Source: Sphingomonadales bacterium 39-57-19 (GTDB lineage Bacteria; Pseudomonadota; Alphaproteobacteria; Sphingomonadales; Sphingomonadaceae). From it: 64,000 nucleotides of DNA. The position numbers were made by a program, and so were the translations under genes. The DNA is taken from contig NCJG01000004.1 in assembly GCA_002282385.1 (NCBI GenBank), positions 12,254 to 76,253 on the forward strand, given 5' to 3'. The notes under the pieces are model-generated. The model saw only the letters and a program-made list of their open reading frames with translations, was not told where the DNA came from and ran no database searches. Each line of letters begins with the position of its first letter. Position 1 is the first letter of the stretch. This document shows, piece by piece, positions 8,829 through 18,469 of the stretch.

Positions 8829-10763
8829 TTAGTTGGTCCGCCGCGGACGCAGCAAACGATCGATCGCCGTTTCGCCCTTGCCCGTGGCTTCGAGGTGCGG
8901 ATAGCGCAAGCCGCCCGAATAGGCGATGTCTATTTGCTCAAAACGTTTGTTGCGTTCCAATATAAGGCGCACGGGCTTTTCCCCACCCTTTGCAGCCTTG
9001 ATTGCCGCACTCAGGCCGTCTTTGGAGTAAGCATAGCCGTTGACGGCAATGATTTTGGTGCCGTTGACAATATTGGCCTTAAAAGCAGGACCGTTCCATA
9101 ATACCGACGTGACGCGGCCTTCTTTGTCCAACGTCAGCCCCAGCGAGTGCGTGAGGTTGAAGTTGTTGCCTTCCTTCATCAGTTCTTTGTCAAAGATGTT
9201 CGGCTCTTCTTTCCAGACAAGTTTGTACCCGCCCAATTCAAAACCGTTCAGCGGTGCGGGCTGACCCGGTTGGCGCAATTTGGTATCCAGAAACGTCGCC
9301 CAATCATAAGGCTGCACAGCATTCAGCGTGCGGACAATCTCGTCAAAATTATAAGTGAGCACGCCCCAGTCGGCGTTGCGCACGCCAAAGAAAGCCTTGG
9401 CGAAATCATCGAGCGATTCCTTACCCTTTGAAAGCGTGCGGATCGTCATGTCCGCATCGAGCCAGATCAGCGAGCCTTCATTATAATAATCTTCGCCGCG
9501 TGCGTGGCTTGAGAATGGCTTGGCTTTGCGTGCGCCAAAAATGGGATCATGCGTGGTATCTTCCACCGAACGCCATGTGCGGCCGGGCTGCTCTGCGTAA
9601 AATCCCGCATATTTGGCCCATTCGCCCATCACCATTTCTTTGGATTGTAGGCCCGAGCGCGCACCAAGGACGAGATCCCAAAAGCTGGTCTGCCCTTCAT
9701 AGACCCACAATAAATTGTCGCGCATTGGGGTGGAATAATCGGGCGTCCACATCGTATCGGGACGGCGGAACTTGCCGTTCCAGCTGTGCGTGAATTCGTG
9801 CGGCAACAGGCCGCGTTCGGACATATTGTCATCCCATTCGATGAAATAGTCGGTCTCGCGCGTATTTTCAGAGCTGCGATGATGTTCAAGCCCAATGCCG
9901 CCAAGCTCTTCGGTCAGACCGAGCAGAAATTCGTAGCGATCAAAATGCTTTGATCCAAAAAGCAGGAGCGATTCATCCACCAATGCGCGATGTGCAGCGA
10001 TGTGCTCTGGCTTCGCGGCAAGATATTTGGCGTCGTCCGCCCATACGTTCAGTGTGACATTGTTGCCCAGATCCCATTTCTTATAATGTGGCCCAGCAAA
10101 CATCGGGCTGTCGACCAAGGTTTCAAAACTCGTCACGCCATACTCGATCCGGTTGCCGGTAATCTTTGCGCCATCAAGCGCGGCCACGCCTGTCCAGCCT
10201 TCAGGCAGTGTAATCGATGGCTGTACCTGAATAGCGCGGGTGAAATGTCCCGCGGGGTACAGGGCCACCTGTTCCCATTGTACGTTCATCATATTGGGCG
10301 TGACGTTGATGCGGCCTTCGCTTTCGCGGATAGGCGCTGTGAATTGGAATTCTACATCGACCGACGATGTTTCGGCAGGCACATCGACATGAAAGGCGTA
10401 CACCTGAACCGGGTCGCGGGTCCAACGCAGCGTCTTCCCGCCTGCGCGGATCATAAGCCCCGTCATTTCGGCCAGTGCACCACGTGGACCATGCTTGCCG
10501 GGCAGCCACTGCGGGTAAAGCAGGATCAGCGGCTTGCCTTTTTCTACAGGAATGACCTGACGCACTTGGAAAATAGCGCGATCAATATCGGTAGCGTCCA
10601 CAGACAAGATCATCGGTTCCGACAAGGGGCGATCTTGCGGCTCAGGGATATTCGAGACGATAGGCACAGGCTGCGGCGCACTGTTTTGCGCAGATGCTGC
10701 GGAAATGAGGCTGGCGGAAAGGGCGAATGCGGCGATAGCGCGCGACAATGTGCGTGGATTCAT
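8829..10763 (-). CDS. M61 family glycyl aminopeptidase with C-terminal PDZ domain
   Basis: Signal peptide; motifs GIGLEH, HEFTHSWNGK (zinc), LWVYEG and DYYNEG; PDZ-like tail. Confidence 0.92.
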   Translation of the reverse strand: MNPRTLSRAIAAFALSASLISAASAQNSAPQPVPIVSNIPEPQDRPLSEPMILSVDATDIDRAIFQVRQVIPVEKGKPLILLYPQWLPGKHGPRGALAEMTGLMIRAGGKTLRWTRDPVQVYAFHVDVPAETSSVDVEFQFTAPIRESEGRINVTPNMMNVQWEQVALYPAGHFTRAIQVQPSITLPEGWTGVAALDGAKITGNRIEYGVTSFETLVDSPMFAGPHYKKWDLGNNVTLNVWADDAKYLAAKPEHIAAHRALVDESLLLFGSKHFDRYEFLLGLTEELGGIGLEHHRSSENTRETDYFIEWDDNMSERGLLPHEFTHSWNGKFRRPDTMWTPDYSTPMRDNLLWVYEGQTSFWDLVLGARSGLQSKEMVMGEWAKYAGFYAEQPGRTWRSVEDTTHDPIFGARKAKPFSSHARGEDYYNEGSLIWLDADMTIRTLSKGKESLDDFAKAFFGVRNADWGVLTYNFDEIVRTLNAVQPYDWATFLDTKLRQPGQPAPLNGFELGGYKLVWKEEPNIFDKELMKEGNNFNLTHSLGLTLDKEGRVTSVLWNGPAFKANIVNGTKIIAVNGYAYSKDGLSAAIKAAKGGEKPVRLILERNKRFEQIDIAYSGGLRYPHLEATGKGETAIDRLLRPRRTN

Positions 10764-10843
10764 GGGCCAGACTTTTGGCGAAAGCCGATTGGCGCGTCCA
10801 GCCCTATTCCACTAACAACAATTAGCCGCTAGGGCGCTTTAAT

Positions 10844-12064
10844 ATGGCAAAGATACAGACACCCCAAGCCGTTCGCGGTACTCAGGACATGTTCGGCGAG
10901 ACAGAAGAACGTTTTGCGCATGTCGTCGCAACATTTGAGCGCGTGCGCAGGCTTTATGGATTTAAGGGACTTCAGTTGCCCGTCATTGAGCCAACGGCGG
11001 TATTTTCGCGTAGCTTGGGTGAGGCGACCGATGTTGTCTCAAAGGAAATGTACAGCTTCGAAGATCGCGGCGGAGATTCGATCACGCTGCGCCCCGAATT
11101 TACGGCGGGCATTGCGCGCGCGTATCTTACCAATGGCTGGCAGCAATTTGCGCCGATGAAGCTGTCGGTGCACGGCCCATTGTTCCGTTACGAACGCCCG
11201 CAAAAGGGCCGCTATCGTCAATTTCACCAGATTGACGCGGAGATTATCGGCGCAGCAGAGCCTGCCGCCGATGTGGAACTGCTGGTGATGGCGGACCAAT
11301 TGCTGAAGGAATTGGGCATAAATGACGGCGTGACGTTGCAGCTCAACACATTGGGCGACACGCCAAGCCGCGACGCGTGGCGGGCGGCATTGGTCGGCTA
11401 TTTCAACGATCACAAGGGTGCGCTGTCCGAAGATAGCCTCGCGCGGCTGGAGAAAAATCCGCTGCGTATTCTGGATAGCAAAGACCCCAAAGACCGCCCG
11501 ATTGCCGACACGGCGCCGGTGATCGACGATTATCTGTCTGGCGAAGCACAGGATTTCTTCGGCGCGGTCACAGCAGGCCTTGATGCCGCTGGTGTGGCTT
11601 GGACACGCAATGCCGCGCTGGTGCGCGGCCTCGATTATTATCGCCACACCGCGTTTGAATTTGTGACCGACCGGCTGGGTGCACAGGGCACCGTGCTGGG
11701 TGGTGGACGCTATGATGGCTTGATCGAAAATCTCGGCGGACCGGCAACACCAGCGGTCGGCTGGGCGGCTGGCATTGAGCGGTTGGGCATGTTGATTGAC
11801 GCCGTGCCAACACAGCAGATCGAAGCCATGATTGTTTTGGAGAATGACGCGGGTCTTGGGCATGCCTTCGCGCTTTTGCGTCAGCTGCGCCAAGCCGGAA
11901 TTTCGGCCGACATGATTGCAACTGGCTCACCGAAAAAGCGGTACGACAAGGCCGTCAAGCAAAGCCCGGCTGCAATTCTGCGCGTCAATGAGGACGGGTA
12001 TTATGGGATGTCCGGTGAAGGTAACAATGACCGGCTTACGAGCGTACTTCAGTCGCTCGCATGA
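10844..12064 (+). CDS. hisS: Histidine-tRNA ligase
   Basis: Motifs [30 protein letters not shown] and GGGRYDGL. Confidence 0.97.
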   Translation: MAKIQTPQAVRGTQDMFGETEERFAHVVATFERVRRLYGFKGLQLPVIEPTAVFSRSLGEATDVVSKEMYSFEDRGGDSITLRPEFTAGIARAYLTNGWQQFAPMKLSVHGPLFRYERPQKGRYRQFHQIDAEIIGAAEPAADVELLVMADQLLKELGINDGVTLQLNTLGDTPSRDAWRAALVGYFNDHKGALSEDSLARLEKNPLRILDSKDPKDRPIADTAPVIDDYLSGEAQDFFGAVTAGLDAAGVAWTRNAALVRGLDYYRHTAFEFVTDRLGAQGTVLGGGRYDGLIENLGGPATPAVGWAAGIERLGMLIDAVPTQQIEAMIVLENDAGLGHAFALLRQLRQAGISADMIATGSPKKRYDKAVKQSPAAILRVNEDGYYGMSGEGNNDRLTSVLQSLA

Positions 12065-13140
12065 CCAAAATCTCCCCCCAACGTATCGCACTTATTGAAT
12101 CGCGCTTTTCCGAGCTTGAGGCGCGGATGGCGTCGGGGCAGTTGGAGGGCGATGCCTTTGTCACGGCGTCCAAGGAATATTCGGAGCTGGAACCGGTCGC
12201 CAAAGCGGCTGCCAATGTCCGGCGACTGCGCAAGGAAATCGAAACCTTGCAGCATATGTCGAAGGATTCCTCTGACCCCGACCTGCACGAAATGGCGATT
12301 GAGGAACTGGAGGATGTCAGTCATCAGTTGGGCGAAGCTGAAACCGCTTTGGCCATCTCGCTCTTGCCGAAAGATGCCGCTGATGACCGGCCTGCCATGC
12401 TTGAAATCCGGGCTGGCACGGGCGGTGATGAAGCGGCGTTGTTTGCCGGTGACTTGTACCGCATGTACGAACGCTATGCCGCAGGGCAGGGGTGGAAGAT
12501 CGAACCTATTTCCGTCAGCGCGTCTGATGTTGGCGGGTTCAAGGAAGTTGTTGTCGCGATCAAGGGCAATGGCGTTTTCGCCAAGCTGAAATATGAAAGC
12601 GGTGTCCACCGGGTGCAGCGCGTGCCTGTCACTGAAAGCGGCGGCCGCATTCATACCAGCGCAGCGACGGTCGCGGTGCTACCTGAGCCGACCGAAGTCG
12701 ATATCCAGATCGAGGCGCGCGACCTGAAAATCGACGTGTACCGTGCGTCGGGTGCAGGCGGACAGCACGTCAATACGACGGACTCGGCCGTGCGCATTAC
12801 CCACTTGCCGACGGGCATCGTTGTGACCTGCCAAGACGGGCGCAGCCAGCACAAGAACAAAGACCAAGCGATGCAGGTGCTGCGCGCGCGCATGTACGAA
12901 AAAGAGCGCGAGGAAGCCCAAGGCGCGGAGGCCGAGGCGCGCAAAGCGATGGTTGGTTCAGGCGACCGTTCGGAACGCATCCGCACCTATAATTTCCCGC
13001 AAGGCCGCGTCACCGACCACCGGATCAACCTGACGCTGCATAAGCTTCCGGAGATATTGGAGGGCGGTGGCCTTGGTGAATTGGTTGCGGCGCTGATTGC
13101 CGAAGACCAAGCCGAGCGCATGGCAGGTCTGTCGGATTAA
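12061..13140 (+). CDS. prfA: Peptide chain release factor 1
   Basis: GGQ motif, PVT stop-codon recognition motif (RF1) and [11 protein letters not shown]; ATGA overlap with hisS. Confidence 0.97.
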   Translation: MTKISPQRIALIESRFSELEARMASGQLEGDAFVTASKEYSELEPVAKAAANVRRLRKEIETLQHMSKDSSDPDLHEMAIEELEDVSHQLGEAETALAISLLPKDAADDRPAMLEIRAGTGGDEAALFAGDLYRMYERYAAGQGWKIEPISVSASDVGGFKEVVVAIKGNGVFAKLKYESGVHRVQRVPVTESGGRIHTSAATVAVLPEPTEVDIQIEARDLKIDVYRASGAGGQHVNTTDSAVRITHLPTGIVVTCQDGRSQHKNKDQAMQVLRARMYEKEREEAQGAEAEARKAMVGSGDRSERIRTYNFPQGRVTDHRINLTLHKLPEILEGGGLGELVAALIAEDQAERMAGLSD

Positions 13141-13156
13141 GCCGGTAACCTCTCTC

Positions 13157-13233
13157 CCGTCACCCTGAACTCGTTTCAGGGTCTTAATTCCCATCGTCGA
13201 AAGTAAGATGCTGAAACAAGTTCAGCATGACGG
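13157..13233. repeat. REPIN-like inverted REP doublet
   Basis: CCGTCACCCTGAACTCGTTTCAGGGTCTTA (13157-13186) and TAAGATGCTGAAACAAGTTCAGCATGACGG (13204-13233) are 25/30 complementary; each arm also has its own internal hairpin. Confidence 0.85.
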
Positions 13234-13250
13234 TTCGGGAAGAATATGGG

Positions 13251-14321
13251 TCAGTCGATCACCAACCGCCCATGGTCCAATTTCGGCAAGACATAACGTG
13301 CGAACATGTCGCATTCGTTGATGTGCGGGTACCCCGATAAAATGAACGCTTCGATGCCCACTGCGCGATATGCCTCAATTTTGGCAAGCACCTGGTCCGG
13401 GTCGCCAACGATCGCAGCGCCGCAGCCTGAACGGGCGCGGCCAATTCCGGTCCACAGATTGTCTTCCAAATATCCGTCGTTCGCTTCCGATTGCGCGCGC
13501 AATTCGGCCTGATGCGCAACACCGAAGGTTTGCGTATCCAAGGATTTGTTGCGGATTGCGTCGCCTTGCTGCGCATCCAGCTTGGACAAGAGGCGGTTCG
13601 CATAGGCCCGGGCTTCAGCTTCGGTTTCACGCACGATCACATGCGCGCGGAAGCCATATTTCAACGTCCGTCCAAATTTCGCCGCGCGCGCCGTCATGTC
13701 TTCGACAAGGTCCTTTGCGCCCTGAACCGTTTCCGGCCACATCAAATATACATCGCAACCTTCGGCAGCAGCGTCTTTAGCCGCGGGCGAGAGACCACCG
13801 AAATATAACGGCGGGCATTTGCCGCTGACGGTCTTCATGCGTGGCGGATCGAGATCGATTTTATAATGTTCGCCATCAATCGACAGATGTTCGCCGTTCA
13901 ACAATGTCTTGAGGATCTGCATCGCCTCAACCGTCCGGCGATAGCGCGGTTCGCTGTCCATCTTGTCACCCGGCAAGTCAGACGAGATGATGTTGACGTT
14001 CAACCGCCCACCCGAAATCTGGTCCAGCGTGGCAATCTGTCGCGCCAATTGCGGGGGCCAGCTTTCGCCAATACGCACCGCCATCAGCAACTTGATACGT
14101 GTGGTCAGCGTCGCAATGGCGCTGGCAAAAGCAGTGGTATCCAACCCAAGCGTGTAGCCCGAGGGGAGCAATATATTGTCGAACCCGCCCTTTTCAGCGG
14201 CGAGCACGATATTGCGGCAATGCTCCCAACTCGACGCGAGCATGGGGTCGGGTTGCCCAAGAAATTCGTAATCATCGTCGCATAATGCGGAGAACCAGCT
14301 GACTTCGATTGGGTTTTTCAT
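13251..14321 (-). CDS. smoC: Flavin-dependent (LLM/SsuD-fold) sulfoquinovose monooxygenase, SmoC-like
   Basis: LLM family. Blocks EVSWFSALC, DVYLMWPET, NLWTGIGRARSGCGAA and AFILSGYPH match my recollection of Agrobacterium SmoC; operonic with a sulfoquinovosidase. Confidence 0.85.
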   Translation of the reverse strand: MKNPIEVSWFSALCDDDYEFLGQPDPMLASSWEHCRNIVLAAEKGGFDNILLPSGYTLGLDTTAFASAIATLTTRIKLLMAVRIGESWPPQLARQIATLDQISGGRLNVNIISSDLPGDKMDSEPRYRRTVEAMQILKTLLNGEHLSIDGEHYKIDLDPPRMKTVSGKCPPLYFGGLSPAAKDAAAEGCDVYLMWPETVQGAKDLVEDMTARAAKFGRTLKYGFRAHVIVRETEAEARAYANRLLSKLDAQQGDAIRNKSLDTQTFGVAHQAELRAQSEANDGYLEDNLWTGIGRARSGCGAAIVGDPDQVLAKIEAYRAVGIEAFILSGYPHINECDMFARYVLPKLDHGRLVID

Positions 14322-15220
14322 GGCAGGGGAACTCCTCGCGCGGCGACCAACACGCTGTACCAGTCAGCGCGGGTCCATGTGATTTTGAAGGCATCGGCAG
14401 CCTCTGTGATGCGTGCCGGGTTTTGCGATCCGACAATAGGGATTGGGCGGGCAGGGTGCGCCATAATCCAGCTAAAGGCCGCTGCGGTGCGCGAAACGCC
14501 ATGCGCGGCTGCAACGCCCGACAAGGCCGCCGCTACATTTTGTTCACGCATGTCGCCGGGGTCGCCGATCCGTCCGCCGCCAAGTGGCGACCATGCCAAC
14601 ACCGCCAAATCCATGGCGATGGCTTGATCAAGCTCACCATTTTCGATGGTATCGATCCGCAATGGGGAAAGCTCCGGCTGTGTCGAGACAATCGGGACGC
14701 TGCTGAACTGTGCCAAGGTCGTTATTTGCGCGGTCGTGAAGTTCGACACACCAAAAGCGCGGATTTTTCCGGCTTTATGCGCGTCTTCGATGGTCCGTGC
14801 GATTTCTTGCGGGTGGGTAAGGATGTCGGGACGGTGGATTTGCCACAGGTCGACATATTCAGTGCCCAAACGCGACAGGCTGTCGTCAATCGCCTTGGTC
14901 AGATATTCCGCGCTGCTGTCATATGGCGTCGGCGGGGTAATTCCGCCCTTGGTGGCCAGCACCATACGGTTGCGATATTCCGGCGCTTCTGCAAATACGC
15001 GGCCAAGCAGTTCCTCAGCCTTGCCAAAGCCTTGTTCACCAAAGCCGTAGATGTCCGCCGTATCGAAAAGGGTGATGCTTGCTTCGAACGCCGCATCAAT
15101 GGCCGCGCGGGCTGCGGAGATTTCGAGACCCGCAAAGCGCCACATGCCCCAGGCAATCGATGAAATTTCAATACCGCTCTTGCCCAAAAGGCGCGTGGAC
15201 GGAGGTGTTGGAAGGGTCAT
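14318..15220 (-). CDS. smoB: Aldo/keto reductase, SmoB-like (6-oxo-glucose reductase)
   Basis: AKR motifs GMWR, DTADIYG, ATKGG, IHRPD, GVSNF and AWSPLGGG; ATGA-coupled on both sides. Confidence 0.75.
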   Translation of the reverse strand: MTLPTPPSTRLLGKSGIEISSIAWGMWRFAGLEISAARAAIDAAFEASITLFDTADIYGFGEQGFGKAEELLGRVFAEAPEYRNRMVLATKGGITPPTPYDSSAEYLTKAIDDSLSRLGTEYVDLWQIHRPDILTHPQEIARTIEDAHKAGKIRAFGVSNFTTAQITTLAQFSSVPIVSTQPELSPLRIDTIENGELDQAIAMDLAVLAWSPLGGGRIGDPGDMREQNVAAALSGVAAAHGVSRTAAAFSWIMAHPARPIPIVGSQNPARITEAADAFKITWTRADWYSVLVAARGVPLP

Positions 15221-16248
15221 GTGTTTTTGCTCTTTTTTATGGAAGGTGAATAAGGTGGTGCAACCGACTCGCGGCTGATCAGTTCGTGTGGAAGACGGCG
15301 ATGCTCAATTCCGCCCTCGCCAAATAATAGGTCGGCAGCGGTTGACGCCAGATCGCGTACAGGCTGGCGCATGGTGGTTAAGGGCGGCCAAACAACGCGG
15401 GCGAGCGTGGTGTCGTCGAACCCGGCGACAGACAATTGTTCTGGTACCTGAATGCCGCGGCGATGGGCGACGGCAAGGACACCTGAGGCCATGTCATCGT
15501 TCGATGCAAAGACCGCCGTCGGCGGATATTTAAGCGATAGAAATTGCTCGGTCGCCGCAACGCCGCTTTCAAAGTCAAAATGGCCGTCGGCGATCAAGTC
15601 GGGATCCACCGATATGCCAACACGGCTAAGTGCGCGTTCATATCCTGCCTGACGTTCGGCACTGGCCATATGGTTCGCATGGCCCTTGATAAAGGCAATC
15701 CGCCGGTGACCAATGTTGATGAGGTGCGTCGTCATGTCGTCCGCGGCCTGCATATCATCCATGAATACCGAGCTGGTAAGCGCGTGGTTGGTGCCGGGCG
15801 AAATGCGCACGAAGGGAATGTTCATCGCTTCAAGCACGTTCAGCACGGGGCCGCAATCGGTGACGGGTGAAGACAATATCGCGCCATCCACATGCGTTTG
15901 CCGGACCATGCCGCGCACCTGCTCGCCCACATCGGGGTCGGACACATCGACGGGCTGTGCAATCAGGCGCATGCCTTCTTCATGGCATCGGTCCCAGCAG
16001 CCCTGCATGATCTGGTGCATATAATAGGGGCTGTGATTGTCATAAATCAGCGCAATTTGGCCGGACTTCGTGCCCGCCAATATGCGCGCTGCAATGCTGG
16101 GCGAAAACCGCAGCTCCGCCATCGCGGCATCGACCTTCGCTTTGGTTTCTGCGCTGACATAAGGGTGATTGTTGAGGACGCGGCTAACGGTTTTGACGGC
16201 CACACCGGCAAGCTTTGCAACATCACGGATATTGGATCGGTTGTTCAT
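15217..16248 (-). CDS. LacI-family transcriptional regulator
   Basis: HTH IRDVAKLAGVAVKTVSRVLN; sugar-binding domain with GHRRIAFI, NDDMA, VAGFDD and PPLTT. Confidence 0.95.
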   Translation of the reverse strand: MNNRSNIRDVAKLAGVAVKTVSRVLNNHPYVSAETKAKVDAAMAELRFSPSIAARILAGTKSGQIALIYDNHSPYYMHQIMQGCWDRCHEEGMRLIAQPVDVSDPDVGEQVRGMVRQTHVDGAILSSPVTDCGPVLNVLEAMNIPFVRISPGTNHALTSSVFMDDMQAADDMTTHLINIGHRRIAFIKGHANHMASAERQAGYERALSRVGISVDPDLIADGHFDFESGVAATEQFLSLKYPPTAVFASNDDMASGVLAVAHRRGIQVPEQLSVAGFDDTTLARVVWPPLTTMRQPVRDLASTAADLLFGEGGIEHRRLPHELISRESVAPPYSPSIKKSKNT

Positions 16249-18257
16249 GACCTGAATTCTTGTGTGATAGCGCTGAACAGCGATGCGTGCGCGCTGTCCT
16301 TGCGCGTGAACACGGGTGGCTGCCCATGCGGAGCCGCGATGTCATATATGCCCTTGGCGAAAATGTCGCCGGACCAAAGATGGACCCAATCCCCATCTGG
16401 CAAAGTCACATTGCGGCTGCTTGCGCCCTCTTCGACCACAGGTGCGACGATCATGTCCGCGCCATAGAGATATTGGTCTTGAAGGTCGTAATAGGCCGCG
16501 TCGTCATAGTGCAGGAACAATGGACGCTGAAGCGGCAGGCCGGTCGCAACAGCCTCATCGGACAAGGCGCGGACATATGGCGCAAGGCGGGCATGCACTT
16601 GGCTCATCCGGGCAAAATGGGTGAGTATTTCGGCGCTGCTATCGAGCTGCAGATTGTCTGCTGGACGATTGCCCTCATGACTGCGCATGACGGGTGCAAA
16701 GGCGGCCAAGTCAATCCAACGGTGCATCAATTCTGCGGTCCGGACGACGCCATGCAGGCTGGTATATCCGCCGAGGTCGCTGTGGTGGTAGGCGTTGCCT
16801 AGCAAGCCCGAGGATAATGCCGCCGTGATGACTGTGTTGATCCCGTCGTGGCGGGTGAAGTCGACGCATTGGTCTCCGGCCCATAATAATGGGCAATGCG
16901 CCTGCACGCCCGAAAAACCGGCGCGCATGAAAAACGTCGCATCATGCGTTTTGCGGCGCGATGCGATGGCGTCGGCATTCACCTTCGCCCAAAGCACGGG
17001 CCAGCGATTATGCGCCTCCATCGGGTCAGACCCATCGAACAGGCGCACATCGGTCGGCAGATATTCGCCAAAATCCGCCATCCATCCCGAAAGCCCGAAG
17101 TCGAGCATTTCCTGACCGATGATGCGGTCGGCAAACCACGCCGCGGCGGCAGGGTTGGTGAAATCCACAACGCCTGCGTCAAATTCGCCGAAATCGACGG
17201 CATAAGGCGTGTCGCTGTCCTGCCGCAGCGCAAGGAAGTTGGCGGCGCGTGCCTCTTGATACAGCGACCCATCCACCGCCAGATAGGGGTTCACATAGCC
17301 AAGGAAGCGAATGCCCCGTTCGGCAAGCGCCGCGATTTGTGCGGGTAAATCCGGATAGCGCGTGGCATTCCATTTCCAGTCCCAGAACAATCGCTTGCCA
17401 AAGCTGGTCTGACGAATGCCGATCCAATCTTCGCACCACAGGCCGGTAATCGCGGCGCCAGAAGCTGCAATTTTTTCGAACCGGTCAAAGGTGTCGACAC
17501 CATCCTTCAGCCCGACGATGGCACCGGAAATGGCCCAATCTGGCAGGGCGGGCTGGCGACTAAAGCGATCCGACATTTTGGTAACAAGCGCGGGCAGCGT
17601 AGGCGCGTCAAAAAGCTCCAGATCGACATTTGCCGACCAACATTCGACCCCAACCCGGCCCGCGTCCGTCAGATCAAGCACCGAATAAGCTGCCGTTTCG
17701 AGGTGCACCGCATAACGCGCACTGCTCAGCCATGTCGGTTGCGGATAATTGGTCGTCCAATAATCACCACCGGCCAACCCATCTGCATCCATCGTCTGCG
17801 TAAGCGCGGTCGACTTATCGCGGCCAACGCCGGGTTCTGATGTCCAGAACGGAAACCGCCTGCCGTTGAGGCGCAAATAGGACATCTGTTCGCCGCCGCC
17901 CCAAAAGGCTTCGGATGTTGCGCACTGCATATCTATCCAAAGCCGGTTAAAGGCCGGATCTGTGCAGCGAAATGTGAGGATGGATTGTAGCGCCCGTTCC
18001 TCAAGCACCAGCGTTGCGACGACGTCAGGTCTCTTTGCGTTCCAAAGCCGGATATAGCCATCGACTTGGGCGAAACAATCAAGCGGCAATCGTGTTTCAA
18101 CGATGTCGTTGATGCGAAAATTGCCACGGACCATTTCCAGATCAGGCGCGCCAATGCCAATGCTGATAACAGGCGCATCATTCCGGTGCGACAATATGCT
18201 GACATCACCATGCAGCAGGTCGAAGCCTTCAGGATGCATGATAATTGAAAATGGCAA
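16245..18257 (-). CDS. yihQ: GH31 sulfoquinovosidase (YihQ/SmoI-like)
   Basis: Nucleophile WMADFGEY and acid/base WAGDQ. Sulfonate-binding E/R/W/Y set in WCEDW, GKRLFW and SDLGGYT. No signal peptide; start TTG 18257 or ATG 18239. Confidence 0.88.
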   Translation of the reverse strand: MPFSIIMHPEGFDLLHGDVSILSHRNDAPVISIGIGAPDLEMVRGNFRINDIVETRLPLDCFAQVDGYIRLWNAKRPDVVATLVLEERALQSILTFRCTDPAFNRLWIDMQCATSEAFWGGGEQMSYLRLNGRRFPFWTSEPGVGRDKSTALTQTMDADGLAGGDYWTTNYPQPTWLSSARYAVHLETAAYSVLDLTDAGRVGVECWSANVDLELFDAPTLPALVTKMSDRFSRQPALPDWAISGAIVGLKDGVDTFDRFEKIAASGAAITGLWCEDWIGIRQTSFGKRLFWDWKWNATRYPDLPAQIAALAERGIRFLGYVNPYLAVDGSLYQEARAANFLALRQDSDTPYAVDFGEFDAGVVDFTNPAAAAWFADRIIGQEMLDFGLSGWMADFGEYLPTDVRLFDGSDPMEAHNRWPVLWAKVNADAIASRRKTHDATFFMRAGFSGVQAHCPLLWAGDQCVDFTRHDGINTVITAALSSGLLGNAYHHSDLGGYTSLHGVVRTAELMHRWIDLAAFAPVMRSHEGNRPADNLQLDSSAEILTHFARMSQVHARLAPYVRALSDEAVATGLPLQRPLFLHYDDAAYYDLQDQYLYGADMIVAPVVEEGASSRNVTLPDGDWVHLWSGDIFAKGIYDIAAPHGQPPVFTRKDSAHASLFSAITQEFRS

Positions 18258-18331
18258 CGCGGATCCTTTTCGCCGTCACGGCAAGCACTATGGCATGATT
18301 GCCACAGTCTTTGCCTAAATATTGTCGCTAT

Positions 18332-18366
18332 ATGACACCGCTAGACATATCAAGCGGTGTTGGTTA
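18332..18366. promoter_or_regulatory. Candidate LacI operator pair in the divergent yihQ/TBDR promoter
   Basis: ACACCGCT (18335-18342) and its inverse AGCGGTGT (18353-18360) give two CG-centred sites sharing ACACCGCTWGA. Confidence 0.45.
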
Positions 18367-18469
18367 CATCAACCCCGTTATCAACGACTATCACGTCGAC
18401 CTGCATGGTTTCAGGGGTCCAACTTCTCTGAAACTGCCACAAGCGGGCGGCAATTAAGGGAGGCACAGG

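Noticed and set aside
16245-18257. Generic alpha-glucosidase or xylosidase
   Set aside because: Sulfonate-pocket residues and the SmoB/SmoC-like neighbours favour a sulfoquinovosidase.
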